A DNA stretch of 64,000 nt from Eutreptiella sp. 'Long Island Sound 2002'. Its lineage: Eukaryota > Protista > Euglenida. The position numbers and the translations under genes are program-made. Where the stretch lies: positions 4,464,001 through 4,528,000 of the forward strand of contig OZ038379.1 of the NCBI GenBank assembly GCA_964036045.1, read 5' to 3'. The notes under the pieces were generated by a model. It saw only the letters and a program-made list of their open reading frames with translations, was not told the origin of the DNA and made no database searches. Each line of letters opens with the position of its first letter. Positions within the stretch are counted from its first letter, which is position 1. Shown one piece after another: positions 61,201 through 64,000 of the stretch.

Positions 61201-62092
61201 GGGAGAGGGGGGGGGGTTCTCAGAAATCTGATAGTGTAAGGCGTTTCGCAAACCTTTTTGTTTTTTGATACAAGCGCACCGGTTGTGAAAATTTTCTGCA
61301 GTGATCGGGGATGCACATAAGAATTTTTGGTGGGGTGGGGGGGAGGGGGGGTTTGGCTATCTGTCACTCAGTGACAGATGGAGAGTGACAGATAGCATTG
61401 GCAGTGGCAGTTGGTTGCACAGTTAGGCTGTTTAGTGTCACCTGAAAAATCACATTGCAGAGGTTGTGAGATCAAAGCCAGGGAGGCCCGCATATAGGGG
61501 AAAACGCCACATACCCCCCCTTTTTGGGCCCATGCACCTGCCCTGCCTCAAGGGGCTGAATTGTTCGTTTGACACCTTGTAAAAATCATTATTTTGTCCA
61601 ATAAACGCATCACCCTGTGAGTTTTTGGTCCCCCCCCCCCTATGCCCCCCACTTGAAACCCACTTTTTTGCCTTCTTGAGGGAGGGGGGGGGGGTCAAAA
61701 ATGTCGAAAAAATGAACCCCCCTTTTTTGCGTTGAAAATCATGAATCTTTTGGTTTCGATTTTGAGGGGAAGAAGTGTTTTCGGGTCCTGACCCCATGGG
61801 GTCTGTATAGAACGGAGTGGGACGAACGCTCATGCAGTTTGAGCGCTCATGCAGTTTATGCAGCTTTCAGCCATTTTTGCTGCATCGGCGGTTTTGGCGA
61901 CGTTGGCAACCCTGGTGCCCACTCTGAGGGGTGCAAACAGGGATATTGTGACAACATATTCCTACTAGGATACGTTTTTTGCAGCCTCTAACCTGCCACG
62001 GGGACGGTCATGGCTCGTCTAAAAAGACGTGCAATGACCATTTCTGCCAACAATGGCTTACATGTTTGCACGTAGTGGTATACAACCTGCTA

Positions 62093-62620
62093 ATGCAGTT
62101 TTTCACCCTGTACAGCTCAAAAACCGAAGTTTGCGAAACTGATTTTTTGGATATCGTGGCCACTCACAATAACCATCGAAGCTATAAAGCATGTTTTAGG
62201 CAGAATCTATGTGGTTTTCACCCTATTTGGGTATTTGGTTTTGGGGTGGGGGCCCTCCCAATGGATTGGCACACAACCTGCTTATGCAATTTTTCACCCT
62301 GGGCAACTCAAAAATTGAATTGAAGTTTCTGAAATTGCTTATTTGATATTGTGGCCACCCACGATGATCGCCCAAGCTATGTAAGGCATGTTTTAGGGAG
62401 TATTTGTGTGCTTTTCACGCTATTTGGGTATTGGGTGTGTTGGGGGGGGGTCTCCCAATGAACTGGCACACAACCTCCTTATGCAGTTTTCCCCCTTGTG
62501 TAACTCAAAAATCAAAGTTTCCGAAACTTATTTTTTTTGATATTGTGGCTACTCACAATGACCATCCGAGCAATTTAAAGCATGTTTTAGGCAGTATTTA
62601 TGTGCTTTTCACCGTATTTC
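62093..62620 (+). repeat. Diverged tandem repeat, 3 units of about 191-197 bp
   Basis: atgca(g/a)ttttt...ctcaaaaa...gcatgttttagg units start at 62093, 62284 and 62481. Confidence 0.85.
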
Positions 62621-62699
62621 GGGGTGCATTGCTTAGGTAGATTCTCTACAAGATGGACTTCCCGAAGGCAATAGAAACTTCAAATTTTGACTTTTGCCA

Positions 62700-63250
62700 G
62701 AACCTTTCTGTCGGCCCTGGGATGGGTTTGGGTGATCATTTGGTGACAATACGGCTTGAGCTCCCATTGGGACCCACGTAGTAGCTGCTAGGGCCATGTG
62801 GTCACGCCCCCCCCGAAAGCCCCAAAATTGCTGTTGTTTAGGTGGTTTAGTGTCATCTGATAATTCTTTCAAATTTCGAGTTTTCCCGAAACCCCGGTCA
62901 ACTATGGGATGGGTTCGGGTGATCATTTGGGGACAATACAGGTACTTGAGCACCCATGGGGACCCACGTAGTAGCCACTAGGCCCATGTAGCCTGCACCA
63001 CGGGCCCCGAAAAGCCCCAAAATTGCTGTTGTTTAGGTTTTTAGTGTCACCTGAGAATTTTTCAAATTTCTACTTTTTTGGAAATCCCTCTGTCGCTCTT
63101 GGGGTGGCTTTGCATGATCATTTGGTAACAATACGGGTACTTCAGCACCCATAGGGACCCACGAAGTAGTTGTTAGGCCCATGTAGCCCGCGGCATGGCC
63201 CCCCTAAAAGCCCCACAATTGCTATTGTTTGGGCTATTTATTGGCGCCTG
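62700..63250 (+). repeat. Diverged tandem repeat, 3 units of about 190-195 bp
   Basis: gggacccacg(t/a)agtag at 62769, 62959 and 63154; aattgctgttgtttagg recurs at the same period. Confidence 0.85.
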
Positions 63251-64000
63251 AATTTTTTTTTGAAACTTCCATTTTTCTCCCTCTTTGAGGTGCCTTTGCC
63301 GAAGGCAATAGAATTTCTTGGTGCAGACATCCGCAAAAGTGATGATGCTCAAGCGGAGTTGGTGGAATGGTAAGTGGCCGACATGCAACAGATATGTATA
63401 GAGCGAATGCGAAGACCATCCACCTTTGCATAGTGCACACCCAGGGCACTGGGAGGAAATGTTTTCAATAACAAGAGTGTTCGTGGCCTTTTTTTTTGCA
63501 ACCCAAATTCTATTGTCTTCGGCAAGGCACATTGAACAGAGACTAGAGTCAGTCAGGTAGGCTGACAGTCAGCCCATCAGTCAATCAGTCAGGCACGCAC
63601 TCAGTCAGGCAGTTAGTCAAGCAGGCAGGTAGACAGGTGGGTGGAAAAACACATTTTGGATTTTTTGGTTGCGGCCAACAGGTGCAAGCAGTGGGCAGTA
63701 CTTCATAGCAGGAACAATTGGAGGTTAAGCGGTAAAACGCCGCTGGACCCTATGTAAGAACATGTAAACGGCGACTCAGGGCGCCTTCGTAGTCGATTCG
63801 CATCCCGTCGGGGGGGAAAAACAGTCCACACTTCAGTGATGGGCTGACATACAGATGCACATATCCTGGGGAACAGAAAGACAAGCAATAAGCGGGGTAA
63901 TAGGCGTGTAAACACACTCTGGACAGAGCGCCAAACCACGCCCTGGTTGGGATAAGGCATGTGCAGGAGGGTGGACAGGAAAACGCCTGAGTTCAGGCCA

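Overview
Repeat-dense eukaryotic DNA with many poly-G/poly-C runs and no rRNA, tRNA or CRISPR. A euglenid source is my inference, from recalled resemblance of the 40.5-40.9 kb repeat to euglenid repeats, the LINEs with a C-terminal RNase H, and polypyrimidine-AG acceptors just upstream of start codons. The left 37 kb is a near-identical ~17 kb direct duplication (1214-18318 and 21388-36713). Each copy carries an unknown ORF, a C2H2 zinc-finger ORF, a ~200-bp triplet repeat, a 1.47-kb tandem array and a TIR element inserted into the array end. The two arrays have homogenized independently, and the second contains a clean 1.86-kb inversion. The 3-kb spacer between the copies holds a disrupted 2OG-Fe(II) dioxygenase gene. 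The right 27 kb has three intact, intronless, co-oriented genes among decayed LINE (RT/RNase H) copies. (1) A GC-rich fusion of a MYND/degenerate SET domain, TPR and an intact lysyl-hydroxylase-like 2OG-Fe(II) dioxygenase. (2) A small Cys/His zinc-ribbon repeat protein. (3) An oligoendopeptidase F (M3B) that keeps an in-frame relic of a diatom-type (AAA-F) plastid presequence and lies tail-to-tail with a probable decayed gene, suggesting a transferred fragment of an algal genome. All domain calls are by-eye motif recognition; no searches were run.
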